DNA of 32,000 nt from Puniceicoccales bacterium (GCA_031283585.1 JAITBP010000001.1:20044-52043); one strand, 5' to 3'; positions 16,966 to 28,484 are shown, counted from the stretch's first letter. Numbers and translations are program-made. Notes: generated from the letters alone by a model not told the origin.

Positions 16966-18411
16966 ATGAAAAAACTATATAATTATGTGTGTATTATCTG
17001 CTGGGCTGTGGCCATGTTCTGTCCAGAATCGGCGTTAGCTTTCAAATGCGATGGTGTAAGATTCAATGAGCATAACTATGCTATTGGCAAAGGTGATTGG
17101 ATAGGTCCTATGGATCAAGATCAATATGTGAATAAGCATGGATTGAAGTGGATTCTTGAAATTGAAGAAACTGACTATTATGATGATATGCAAGATAGAA
17201 TAGACAAATTGGGTGCAAGTGTTAAATATTATTTACTTTTTGAGAAAAAAAGTAATGAAATAAATCTAGAAAAAACCGAAATTGATAAGTTGTCTAACCT
17301 TATAAAAATGAGCACTGATACTAGCTGCTGGGTCAATATTAGTAATAATGCTAATAAGCCTGAAGAGCCTGAAGGACGGTTAAATGGAAGACATTATATG
17401 AAAAAGAAAACATGGTTCGATAAGGGTGTAAAACGTATCGATGAATGTGAAGATTTTTATGAAATAGACAATGAAAAGTCTACCACTTTAAATGTAGTCT
17501 TTCAAATACAGTATGGTGTGCCTTACTATAGGTATTCGCATACAATGTCCATCCCATCACACCATAAGTATCAGATGACGGAAAAATCGGTAACAAATGC
17601 TATAGGCTTTGCTCTGAGAGATGATCAAAGTAAAGTGATTGAAATTTATGAAATTGATGGAATAAAAAAATACTTGGCCGATTTTTTGGTAGATAATAAA
17701 GCTGCCTGGGATGCGATTTTACGTGACTACAACACACAGACGGGAAAGGTAATTTTTTATAACATGTCATCCCTGATAATTGAGACTATTCTCAATATTT
17801 GTAATAATGAGGTACCAAATTTAAAGGAAATAACTGAAAATAGCCTGAATGAGATCATTAAAGACTTATACGAAATTGATTATTTATTTTCAGAATGGAA
17901 ATATTTTATGCCTATAAAAGTTTGTGAATATTTTGATGCTGTACTCAAAATTATATATGGCGTTTTTGATGTAGGTGTGTTAAAAAATATCTTTAGTATG
18001 AATGGGCCAGATTTCGATAATGCCATGATTGAGGAGTGTAAATGCTGTATTACTAGAGAGCTTTGTATTATTATTAAAGTTTTAAATGAGATTGGTAAAA
18101 TTTTGGATACTGAAACTGCTATAGGTCCTTACGAAGTTCCTAGCCGTTCAACTTCTAGTTCTACAACTTCTACAACTTTTAGCTATTCAACCCCTAGTTC
18201 TACAACTTTTAGCTATAATAGTTATGGAATGGATTACTTATATTCAAAATCTGAAAATGTAGGATATCAAAGAAATAACGGAAAAAGTAGAAGAGGCAGA
18301 AGAAATAGGCGTAATTCCAGGCGTCGCCGTATCACTAGAAAAAATAGAAAAAGAAACAGAAGAAACAGAAGAAACAGAAAAATTAGGAAAAACAGAAGAA
18401 CCAGAAGGTAA
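16966..18411 (+). CDS. Hypothetical exported Cys-rich protein with a Ser/Thr-rich linker and a 45-residue poly-arginine C-terminal tail
   Basis: Signal peptide MKKLYNYVCIICWAVAMFCPESALA/FK. The roughly 400-aa body has many Cys and no family I recognise. A STTFSY-type repeat follows. In the last 45 residues I count 23 Arg and 5 Lys, with no acidic residue. A hairpin terminator follows the stop. Confidence 0.8.
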   Translation: MKKLYNYVCIICWAVAMFCPESALAFKCDGVRFNEHNYAIGKGDWIGPMDQDQYVNKHGLKWILEIEETDYYDDMQDRIDKLGASVKYYLLFEKKSNEINLEKTEIDKLSNLIKMSTDTSCWVNISNNANKPEEPEGRLNGRHYMKKKTWFDKGVKRIDECEDFYEIDNEKSTTLNVVFQIQYGVPYYRYSHTMSIPSHHKYQMTEKSVTNAIGFALRDDQSKVIEIYEIDGIKKYLADFLVDNKAAWDAILRDYNTQTGKVIFYNMSSLIIETILNICNNEVPNLKEITENSLNEIIKDLYEIDYLFSEWKYFMPIKVCEYFDAVLKIIYGVFDVGVLKNIFSMNGPDFDNAMIEECKCCITRELCIIIKVLNEIGKILDTETAIGPYEVPSRSTSSSTTSTTFSYSTPSSTTFSYNSYGMDYLYSKSENVGYQRNNGKSRRGRRNRRNSRRRRITRKNRKRNRRNRRNRKIRKNRRTRR

Positions 18412-18430
18412 TTCTTTTCAATAAATTAAG

Positions 18431-18470
18431 TAGACAGAGGCTATCTATCGGGTAGCCCTTTGTCTATTTA
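18431..18470 (+). terminator. Candidate intrinsic terminator hairpin
   Basis: TAGACAGAGGCTA (18431-18443) pairs with TAGCCCTTTGTCTA (18453-18466), with one G-U pair and one bulge. It is followed by TTTA and begins 20 nt after the stop codon. Confidence 0.5.
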
Positions 18471-18666
18471 TCGATAGTTGTTGCCATGGTAACAATGTAT
18501 TACTGATCAGCACGGAAGTGTGTCGGTAATGGCGATATTGACAGGAATAGCCCCTGGATAGTTAAGCAGGATTCAGAGATAATAGACGAGGGCCGGGGCT
18601 AAATGGTTCTCGGTTGTGGTTTATTTGTGATTTCAAGGCAGTCATAAAAAACATTATAGCCTGAAC

Positions 18667-19275
18667 TTACCATAATTTATCTATGATTGCGTCGGCTAGA
18701 CCGTATTCTATGGCTTCCTTGGCATTCATATAAAAATCTCTATCGGTGTCCTTACGTATTTTTTCCATTGGCTGGCCCGAAGCATCTGATAATATTTTAT
18801 TCATCTCATCCCGAGTTTTTTCCATCTCCTGGGCCTGGATATCTATGTCAACAGCCGGTGCAACAATCCTTCCGGTTATGAGTGGTTGATGGATTAGGAC
18901 TCTAGCGTTGCGGTATAGAAATCTGCTGCCTTTTTTTGGTACACATAGTAATATTGAGCCCATGCTAGCAGCGAGGCCGGTCACGATTATCTGGATCGGC
19001 GAAGTCATCAATTTCATCGTATCGTAGATGGCCATGCCAGCGGTGATCGATCCTCCGGGCGTATTCATAAAAAATTGTATTTTTTTCCCAGGATCAGTAA
19101 GTTCAAGATACAAAAGTTTTTCCGTTATGTCTTTGGCCGAACTGTCTTCGATAGCGCCCCAAAGGAATACCTTTCTTTCTTCAAGAAATTTTTTTTGTAT
19201 CATCGAATCGATGATTTTGTTGTAATTATTATGACAACATTCGTCATCATCTTCGCAAAATCTAACGGGATTCAT
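18667..19275 (-). CDS. clpP: ATP-dependent Clp protease proteolytic subunit
   Basis: Catalytic-triad context: GLAASMGSILL (Ser), LIHQP (His), DTDRDFYMNAKEAIEYGLAD (Asp). 202 aa. Confidence 0.93.
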   Translation of the reverse strand: MNPVRFCEDDDECCHNNYNKIIDSMIQKKFLEERKVFLWGAIEDSSAKDITEKLLYLELTDPGKKIQFFMNTPGGSITAGMAIYDTMKLMTSPIQIIVTGLAASMGSILLCVPKKGSRFLYRNARVLIHQPLITGRIVAPAVDIDIQAQEMEKTRDEMNKILSDASGQPMEKIRKDTDRDFYMNAKEAIEYGLADAIIDKLW

Positions 19276-19353
19276 ATTTTAACGCTAATTGTCGCCGCAG
19301 CGAAATCAACTCAATATTTATAATAAATGCATCCATTGTAGTTGATAAAAATA

Positions 19354-19384
19354 TTGACATGTTTTCAAGGAATCCAACTATAAA
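19354..19384 (+). promoter_or_regulatory. Candidate promoter (TTGACA-N19-TATAAA) for rpoZ-smpB
   Basis: Hexamers at 19354-19359 and 19379-19384. The spacer is long (19 nt). ATG is at 19407. Confidence 0.3.
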
Positions 19385-19406
19385 AATCCGGTAGGGTATT
19401 TATTAA

Positions 19407-19610
19407 ATGAGAGATGATTATTTGCAGACGGCACAAAATATAATTGAAGATCCGATGATATTGATAAATATCGTATCTAAGCGGGTCCGCCAATTGAGGT
19501 TTGGTGCAACTCCTTTTATAGATTCTCTGGAGAGTCTTAGGGTTGAAGACATAGTACTTAGGGAAATAATAGAAGGAAAAATTTCCTATGAGTTGGGCCA
19601 GGATGACTAG
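19407..19610 (+). CDS. rpoZ: DNA-directed RNA polymerase subunit omega
   Basis: 67 aa. It aligns by eye to E. coli omega: LINIVSKRVRQL against LVLVAARRARQM, and IVLREIIEGKI against IALREIEEGLI. Confidence 0.8.
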   Translation: MRDDYLQTAQNIIEDPMILINIVSKRVRQLRFGATPFIDSLESLRVEDIVLREIIEGKISYELGQDD

Positions 19611-20089
19611 TGGTGTTTCTAGTGTTGAAGCATAACAGTGATAAGTTTTTTGAAATAAGGAACAGGAAGCTGCACCGAGAATACGAAGTCAGTTCAGTCT
19701 ATGAAGCTGGGGTAGTTCTTTTAGGTACCGAAGTAAAATCTGTGAAAGCCGGTTGTGCTGAGATCAATGATTCGTTTGTAATGGTGGACAGAGCTGGTTT
19801 TTTATTGCTATGTAATGCGCGTATCGATGAGTACAAATTTGGCAATTATGCCAACCATGAGGTTTGCCGGAAGCGCAGATTGTTATTACATGCCAGAGAG
19901 ATACGTAAAATTCGAGCCGGCATAGAGAAGGACGGTATCAGTGTGGTGCCGTCGCGTATGTACCTAAAAAATGGCCTCATAAAGGTTGAACTGGCTCTGG
20001 GTAAAGGCAAGAAGCTCTATGATAAAAGAGCGGACCTAAAGGCAAAGACCATCAAACGGGAAACCGATAGATTTTTGCTAAATAGATAG
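19610..20089 (+). CDS. smpB: SsrA-binding protein SmpB
   Basis: NRKLHREYEV..YEAGVVLLGTEVKSVKAG ... NH...RKRRLLLHAREI ... LALGKGKKLYDKR are canonical SmpB blocks. The GTG start overlaps the rpoZ stop. Confidence 0.93.
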   Translation: MVFLVLKHNSDKFFEIRNRKLHREYEVSSVYEAGVVLLGTEVKSVKAGCAEINDSFVMVDRAGFLLLCNARIDEYKFGNYANHEVCRKRRLLLHAREIRKIRAGIEKDGISVVPSRMYLKNGLIKVELALGKGKKLYDKRADLKAKTIKRETDRFLLNR

Positions 20090-20189
20090 GTTATTTCTTT
20101 ATATCTATCTTCTTTAAATTTACTCCAAGAGCCTCTGCTGCTTGCTGCGTAGTTGTGTATTCAATTTTTTGTGCAGGTGGAGTTTCGGA

Positions 20190-22256
20190 TTATGCACCTG
20201 TGCCTATTTCACTAACCTTTTCCTGTTTTTTGCCTTTGTAGTGTATTATACTATCGGCCAATGACATGGACATGGTGGTATTTTGTGCTGAGCCCATTCC
20301 AAGAGCCGTATTACCTGCCACGCCTCTCTGGTCTTCTTTTATTGTTCTTGTATCTCTGAAAAAGCCTGAAACTCCTCGTTTGATTCCTCTCCAGATGCTT
20401 TCGTCTATCTTTTCTGTAAAACCCTGCATCTTTTCATTGGCAAGCATTCTGGCCAGGTAATCAATTGATGAACCATTCCAATCACCTGTATATACCTCAT
20501 CGTTTTTTATTATTTCGAAAACCGTTTTGCGGAATTCTTCTATCTGGCCTGGAGCGACTTTTGATGAAGATAGCATCGATTCAAAATACGTTAAAGCCTG
20601 GAGTTTTTCTTTAACACTGGCAGGTAAGGTTCCTGTAATTGGTTGGCCAATGGTAAATCCTGTTTCCAGGGTTAGTCCATTGTAGGCATTGTTGACGTTT
20701 CCTTTTTGTAGCGCTTTTACTCGTCTAGCCTTTGAAACCGTCGAATTATAGGCGGCGTTTCTTAGGGTTGTCTCGAGCCTTTCTGGATTTTTAAGCACAG
20801 CTTCACGTTCGGATGGACTCAATGATTTGAATGATGCCACGATATATCTGGTGGCTCTATCATCACCCTTTTTCCCAATTTCACCGAGAACCCTTTCGAA
20901 TATGTCCTTATTTACTTTGCTTATAGCATCTTTTATGGCAGCGATATCTCCACCGGAAACATCACTATATATATCTATTATTATCGAATCACCCTCTGCT
21001 TTATTGGCCGATTGAGATGAGGCAAGTGGGTCAATGAAAGGTTGTTTCGGCGTTTCCACCTTTGACTCCGATGGAACTCCCTGTTGCTTTGGCGTATTGA
21101 CTTCCGGTATCTTTGTCTCATCTACTGTTGTCTTTGGTGTATGATGATGTTCATGTATATGTATTGAATTATCAACATTAATCCTTGAATTATCAGCATA
21201 TTTGGTTGTATTACCATTGGGATCTGCAGCTTTATCAGTACCTGATGTAGTGCTAGTCGCTGTGTTTTGACCGACTTTCTGAGAACCGTCGTCGCTGCCG
21301 CTGATCTTAGTATTTGGCGTGATGTCTTGACCAACTTTCTGGGAATCGCTACCTGCAATGGGTTTGCTACCAGAACCTATCGAAACATTAGGTTTAGTGA
21401 AAGGTTGACCCTTATTAAAATAGTCTACTTTATCTTTAAAAGGCATGTTAGATTGTCTATCAGTAAACTTATTGGGCTTGGCTTGATTTTGGTCGACTTT
21501 CTGGGAATCGCCACCTGCAATGGGTTTGCTACCAGAACCTGACGAGGTGTTTATTGGTTTGTTATCGCCCAGGTTGATACCTTTTCCATAGTTTGGCAAC
21601 AGTGGTACTATCGAAACACCTCTGATTTGGTTTCCTTTAAGGTTATCGGTGGTGCGTACATGACTAGGTGACATAGCTTGAATATCCTCCAATGGTGTCT
21701 CTATAATTTGAGGTGGTTCTGGTAAGCTTGGTGTTTTGCTTGATTGGGTTTTAAGAGATCTTAAAGCTTCTTGTACTTCCTGTCGTGGTAAAGCGTTATA
21801 GGTATTGGTGGCAACTTCTTTTGGAGTGCCAGACGTTCCCTGGGCTGCTTTGTATTGTTCGTTCTTTTTATTGATTATGTTTCTGCAAAATGACTCCATG
21901 GTAGCTGGCGAAGCTAGCACTTGCGTTCTTTCATCAGGTGTTAACAAAGTAAATGCCATTGCAGTAAATTTATCAGCGTCATTTTTAACTTTATCATATG
22001 CTTTTAAAGGTAACAATGTGGCAGTGTCTATTTTGTAATCTTTGAAGATGGCTGTTACAACCGTTTGGGCCGTTTCTGCTTTTTTTTGATCCAGTTCAGT
22101 TAGTTTTAATGTGGAATAACCGCTAGCATTCATTACAGTTGGACCACTTCCGTTGAGTTGCTTTAATTTAAAATTGCCAAATTCACCCTGTAGGTTTTTG
22201 ATCTTCTCGGATGCAGCTGATTGGGTAACTTGAGTTACTGACGAAATCGATGACAT
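20190..22256 (-). CDS. Large hypothetical repeat-containing protein without a signal peptide; T3SS effector candidate
   Basis: 688 aa. The N-terminus is polar and S/T/Q-rich (MSSISSVTQVTQSAASEK) with no hydrophobic segment. The centre is low-complexity with repeated SGSKPIAG(G/S)DSQKV units and a HIHEHHH cluster. Two paralogous about 60-aa modules are present. No family recognised. Confidence 0.8.
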   Translation of the reverse strand: MSSISSVTQVTQSAASEKIKNLQGEFGNFKLKQLNGSGPTVMNASGYSTLKLTELDQKKAETAQTVVTAIFKDYKIDTATLLPLKAYDKVKNDADKFTAMAFTLLTPDERTQVLASPATMESFCRNIINKKNEQYKAAQGTSGTPKEVATNTYNALPRQEVQEALRSLKTQSSKTPSLPEPPQIIETPLEDIQAMSPSHVRTTDNLKGNQIRGVSIVPLLPNYGKGINLGDNKPINTSSGSGSKPIAGGDSQKVDQNQAKPNKFTDRQSNMPFKDKVDYFNKGQPFTKPNVSIGSGSKPIAGSDSQKVGQDITPNTKISGSDDGSQKVGQNTATSTTSGTDKAADPNGNTTKYADNSRINVDNSIHIHEHHHTPKTTVDETKIPEVNTPKQQGVPSESKVETPKQPFIDPLASSQSANKAEGDSIIIDIYSDVSGGDIAAIKDAISKVNKDIFERVLGEIGKKGDDRATRYIVASFKSLSPSEREAVLKNPERLETTLRNAAYNSTVSKARRVKALQKGNVNNAYNGLTLETGFTIGQPITGTLPASVKEKLQALTYFESMLSSSKVAPGQIEEFRKTVFEIIKNDEVYTGDWNGSSIDYLARMLANEKMQGFTEKIDESIWRGIKRGVSGFFRDTRTIKEDQRGVAGNTALGMGSAQNTTMSMSLADSIIHYKGKKQEKVSEIGTGA
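21274..21540 (-). repeat. Intragenic direct repeats: two 45-bp copies differing at 1 position (21334-21378 and 21496-21540, period 162 bp), plus a degenerate third copy starting near 21274
   Basis: Read directly from the sequence: ACTTTCTGGGAATCGC[T/C]ACCTGCAATGGGTTTGCTACCAGAACCT. In frame (54 codons apart), encoding GSGSKPIAG(G/S)DSQKV. Confidence 0.9.
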
Positions 22257-22389
22257 TACTTTTACTAGTTTAAGTATTTTTTTTACTTTTTAAAGCATTT
22301 TAACCATCGGACAAGATATGAATATGGGTTGCTAACTAGTAAAATCCTTGCCTTTGTTTTTTTGTTATACAAGTTAAGTTAACACCAAA

Positions 22390-22465
22390 GGGGGAGTAGC
22401 TCAGTGGATAGAGCAACGGTCTTCTAAACCGAAGGTCGAGAGTTCGAGTCTCTCTTCCCCCGCCA
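22390..22465 (+). tRNA. tRNA-Arg (anticodon UCU), CCA encoded
   Basis: Hand-folded. Acceptor GGGGGAG/TTCCCCC, D arm GCTCAGTGGATAGAGC, anticodon loop CTTCTAA, T arm GAGAG-TTCGAGT-CTCTC, then GCCA. Confidence 0.93.
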
Positions 22466-22471
22466 TGACAT

Positions 22472-23047
22472 TCAATCAGCGTTGTTGTGATTTTTTTCAA
22501 CCGGGCAGCATTCGTAGTAGTCATATTTCACCACCACAGTCCTTGAAATCATGTCGTAGCCGAAGGAACCTGTGGCCGAGATCAGCCCAAAGAAGAAGTT
22601 TGTCGATGATAACGCACAGATTGTTATATTGGTTATGTCTATGCAATAGAAAGCCGTAATACACTTAAGGCTAGATCGTATCAATGTTTGTAACGCCGAT
22701 GGACTCGAGGCTGGGTCGTTGATGTCAATGGTTTTTATCTTCATGAGTCTCTTGCCTAGGGTCGATCCATGGCTCAATATTTCACTGATGCTGAAATATA
22801 TAATGCTAATTATGATGCTTATGATCATTATGCCCTGAAATGGCTCGGTTAGATTTTTTGCTATCACGTTTAGATCGTCTGCTTTGAGCAGTGCGGATGT
22901 ATCGGGCATTAGGGCAGACAAATCTGGCATTTTGTCTCTAAGAAAAGGAATGGAGATAAGGCCTATCACTAAACAGTCTATATTAAAAGCCCAGGCCCTG
23001 TTGTTTAGGGTAGCTGGTATAAACCTAATATTGTTCTTGCTCAGCAT
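22472..23047 (-). CDS. RDD-family integral membrane protein
   Basis: 191 aa. N-terminal NRAWAFNIDCLVIGLISIPF (Arg/Asp of the RDD motif). A central HGSTLGKRLMKIKTIDI loop is typical of the RDD domain. Three to four hydrophobic segments. Confidence 0.55.
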   Translation of the reverse strand: MLSKNNIRFIPATLNNRAWAFNIDCLVIGLISIPFLRDKMPDLSALMPDTSALLKADDLNVIAKNLTEPFQGIMIISIIISIIYFSISEILSHGSTLGKRLMKIKTIDINDPASSPSALQTLIRSSLKCITAFYCIDITNITICALSSTNFFFGLISATGSFGYDMISRTVVVKYDYYECCPVEKNHNNAD

Positions 23048-23176
23048 AACTCCACTTTAATTTTATTTGTATGAAAGTTTTGTCAATCTGAATCAGGATT
23101 CGGATTATTTTGTGTGCTGGACCGCGTATCTTGGTTGACAACACAGACAAAGTGTTGAGATTTGTCCACTGTTTAT

Positions 23177-23254
23177 GGTGGCTGTAGCTCAGCTGGTTAG
23201 AGCATCGGATTGTGGTTCCGAGGGTCGCCGGTTCGAATCCGGTCTGCCACCCCA
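23177..23254 (+). tRNA. tRNA-His (anticodon GUG) with the extra G(-1), CCA encoded
   Basis: G-1 followed by GTGGCTG. Anticodon stem TCGGA/TCCGA with loop TTGTGGT. T arm GCCGG-TTCGAAT-CCGGT. 3' end CTGCCAC-C-CCA. Very close to E. coli tRNA-His. One T-T mismatch in the acceptor stem. Confidence 0.93.
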
Positions 23255-23386
23255 GGCTGTAAATTCGTATAAATATTACGTAGTTGGTGAAATTTTTTGT
23301 TCGCGTTTTGCGTTTCGATTATTTATTTGTCTTCCCATTCCGTTAGTTGCCATGGAATAGTTGTCTGAGATTGTCTAATATACTAG

Positions 23387-25897
<2,511 letters not shown>

Positions 25898-25915
25898 CCT
25901 ATTGGAGACCCTAGG

Positions 25916-28348
25916 ATGATACAAGAAAACGAAGGAATAATTTCATCGAACATAACGGACATCATGCAGAAATCCTATATAGATTACTCGATGTCTGTCA
26001 TAGTCAGTCGGGCACTGCCGGATGTGCGTGATGGGCTTAAGCCAGTCCAACGCAGGGTATTGTATGCCATGTTGCGGGAAGGTCTCCTGAGTAATCGGCC
26101 CTTCGACAAATGCGCCGGTGTGGTCGGCGAAGTTTTAAAAAATTACCATCCCCATGGCGATGCTTCGGTATATGATACCATCGTACGTCTTGGTCAAAAT
26201 TGGGTGCTGCGCTATCCATTGATTATGCCCCAGGGTAATTTTGGTTCCATAGATGGTGATCCTCCGGCAGCCTATCGTTACACCGAGTGCAAGCTCGAGC
26301 GCCTGGCCGAAGAGATTTTGCGCGATATCGACGAAAATACCGTTGATTTTCAGCCAAACTACAAGGAAAGCGCTGTTGAGCCGACGGTCTTGCCATCGGC
26401 ATTACCAAATTTGCTGATGAACGGTTCGACGGGCATCGCCGTTGGGATGACAACAAATATCCCGCCGCATAACCTTGGCGAGTTGATCGATGCTCTCTGT
26501 GCGATGATCGATGACCCAAATCTGAGTGTGGACGAGCTGTGCCATATAATAAAAGGTCCTGATTTCCCGACCGGTGGTGTGGTGGTTGGTTCGGAAAGCG
26601 TAGAAAAATATCTCAAAACAGGCCGTGGAATCATAAAAAATCGTGGCATTGTAGAGATAGAAGAACTGGAAGGTGGTAGAGAACAGGTAATTATAACCCA
26701 GGTGCCCTACAATGTCAATCGGGCGGCACTGGTAATAAGAATCGCCGATCTGATAAACAGCAAAGCCATCGAAGAGGTTAGCGATCTGCGGGATGAATCC
26801 GATGAAAACACCCGTATAGTTATTGAGTTAAAGCGCGGTGAATCCTCCCGAGTATTAATAAATAAGCTCTACAAAATGACCCAGCTGGAGTCATCGTTTG
26901 GTGTCATAATGTTAGCTCTGGATAATCGACGGCCTAAGCAGATGAATATCAAGGAGATGCTAGAATGCTATCTTGAACATAGACAACGAGTTATTTATCG
27001 TAGGACCGAATTTAGGTTGCAAAAGGCCGAAGCCAGGGCCCATATCCTCGAAGGCTATCGTATCGCGCTGGATAATCTGGATGACTTCGTAAGGATAATC
27101 CGCCAGTCTGCAAATAGAGATCAGGCCAAATCAGAATTGATGGCAAAATTTCCACTGTCCACCGAGCAGGCCGATGCAATCCTGGAACTGAGATTGTATC
27201 AACTAACTGGTATGGAACGAGATAAGATCGAACAAGAGTATGCCGAGCTGCAGAAGCTAATAGATGAATATAGGGCGATTTTGACCGATGCAGGGCTGCT
27301 ATTTAGCTTGATAAAATCCGATCTGATCGAGATGAAAGAAAAATATTCTTCTCCAAGGAAGACGAGCATTATTCCAGAGGAAGGCGAGTTCAGAATCGAG
27401 GATGTCATTGCCAATGAAGGATGTATCATAACCGTTACGCATAATGGTTTTATAAAGCGGACGAATATCGATGCATATAAATCACAGCGGCGTGGTGGCA
27501 AAGGAGTTATTGGCGTTGGCCAGCACGAGGATGACACCGTGGAACATCTGGTTTCGGCCGGTACCCATGATAATGTCATGTTTGTGATGAATAACGGTAG
27601 AATATATGTGGAAAAGGTCTACGATATCCCTGAAGGTGTGCGTACAGCCAAAGGACGATCAATAATAAATGTGCTGGAGATGCAAAAGGACGAATATATG
27701 GCTGCCATGCTGTGCTTCAGAATGTTTTCCAGTGAGCAATATGTTGTGATGTGCACCCGCAATGGTGTGGTGAAAAAAACCTGTTTGAGCTCCTATGAAA
27801 ACTATCGGCGTAGTGGTATTATTGGTATCGATGTGGATGACGGAGATATTGTCATCGATGCCAGACTGTCTAACGGTAGCGATGAGCTGGTGCTGATAAC
27901 CCATAAGGGTATGTCTATCAGGTTCAGTGAGAAAGATCTTAGAGATCAGGGTCGAGCCACAAGAGGTGTGCGTGGTATAAGCCTAAAGGACGGTGACCGG
28001 GTGGTTGCGATGACGGTGGTTAGAGATGAGGAAACCTTCCTGGTTGCAGCGGAAAATGGTCAGGGTAAACGATCAAAATTTGATAGCTATAGGCTACAGA
28101 AACGCGCTGGCAGCGGCGTGATTGCCATCAGGATGGCCAAAAATATCGGTGTGGCTGGGGCCTTATCCGTCAGGGAGGATGACGAGATCCTGATGCTGAC
28201 AAAGTTTGGTCAGGCGGTGAGGTCTCCGGTTCAAGACATAAGAATAATTGGCAGGACTACCCAGGGCGTAAGATTGATAAATTTAGAAGATAAAGATCGC
28301 TTGATACGAATTAGCCGCGTGATGGAAGTCGATGGAGATGAGATATGA
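25916..28348 (+). CDS. gyrA: DNA gyrase subunit A
   Basis: YSMSVIVSRALPDVRDGLKPVQRRVLYAM, HPHGDASVYD, the active-site Tyr context AAYRYTE, and C-terminal beta-pinwheel repeats. 810 aa. It starts 18 nt after gyrB. Confidence 0.98.
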   Translation: MIQENEGIISSNITDIMQKSYIDYSMSVIVSRALPDVRDGLKPVQRRVLYAMLREGLLSNRPFDKCAGVVGEVLKNYHPHGDASVYDTIVRLGQNWVLRYPLIMPQGNFGSIDGDPPAAYRYTECKLERLAEEILRDIDENTVDFQPNYKESAVEPTVLPSALPNLLMNGSTGIAVGMTTNIPPHNLGELIDALCAMIDDPNLSVDELCHIIKGPDFPTGGVVVGSESVEKYLKTGRGIIKNRGIVEIEELEGGREQVIITQVPYNVNRAALVIRIADLINSKAIEEVSDLRDESDENTRIVIELKRGESSRVLINKLYKMTQLESSFGVIMLALDNRRPKQMNIKEMLECYLEHRQRVIYRRTEFRLQKAEARAHILEGYRIALDNLDDFVRIIRQSANRDQAKSELMAKFPLSTEQADAILELRLYQLTGMERDKIEQEYAELQKLIDEYRAILTDAGLLFSLIKSDLIEMKEKYSSPRKTSIIPEEGEFRIEDVIANEGCIITVTHNGFIKRTNIDAYKSQRRGGKGVIGVGQHEDDTVEHLVSAGTHDNVMFVMNNGRIYVEKVYDIPEGVRTAKGRSIINVLEMQKDEYMAAMLCFRMFSSEQYVVMCTRNGVVKKTCLSSYENYRRSGIIGIDVDDGDIVIDARLSNGSDELVLITHKGMSIRFSEKDLRDQGRATRGVRGISLKDGDRVVAMTVVRDEETFLVAAENGQGKRSKFDSYRLQKRAGSGVIAIRMAKNIGVAGALSVREDDEILMLTKFGQAVRSPVQDIRIIGRTTQGVRLINLEDKDRLIRISRVMEVDGDEI

Positions 28349-28364
28349 TATATTACATAATGTG

Positions 28365-28395
28365 TTGTTAATGTCTTTATTTTTTCTTGTATAAT
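28365..28395 (+). promoter_or_regulatory. Candidate promoter (TTGTTA-N19-TATAAT) upstream of the autotransporter gene
   Basis: Perfect TATAAT at 28390-28395. The -35-like hexamer at 28365-28370 has a long spacer. Confidence 0.3.
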
Positions 28396-28484
28396 GTAAA
28401 AAATACGTATAGTATCCACCAAGATATTTTGGTTAGGGTTAGCGATGGCTCAAAGTTAAACCTAAAAGTCGAAATGCTTTCAAT

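Noticed and set aside
20090-20189. Looked for tmRNA (ssrA) next to smpB
   Set aside because: The gap is only 100 nt. It lacks the GGGG...tRNA-like 5'/3' ends and the TTCGAATCC-type T-arm. No tmRNA signature was found anywhere in the window.
22336-22659. ORFs 22336-22524 (-) and 22465-22659 (+); also 23175-23360 (+)
   Set aside because: They overlap tRNA-Arg or tRNA-His, or are antisense to the RDD-family gene. Their translations have no protein-like features.
28431-28442. GGTTAGGGTTAG, a telomere-like TTAGGG repeat upstream of the autotransporter gene
   Set aside because: There are only two units in a non-repetitive context, which is consistent with chance.
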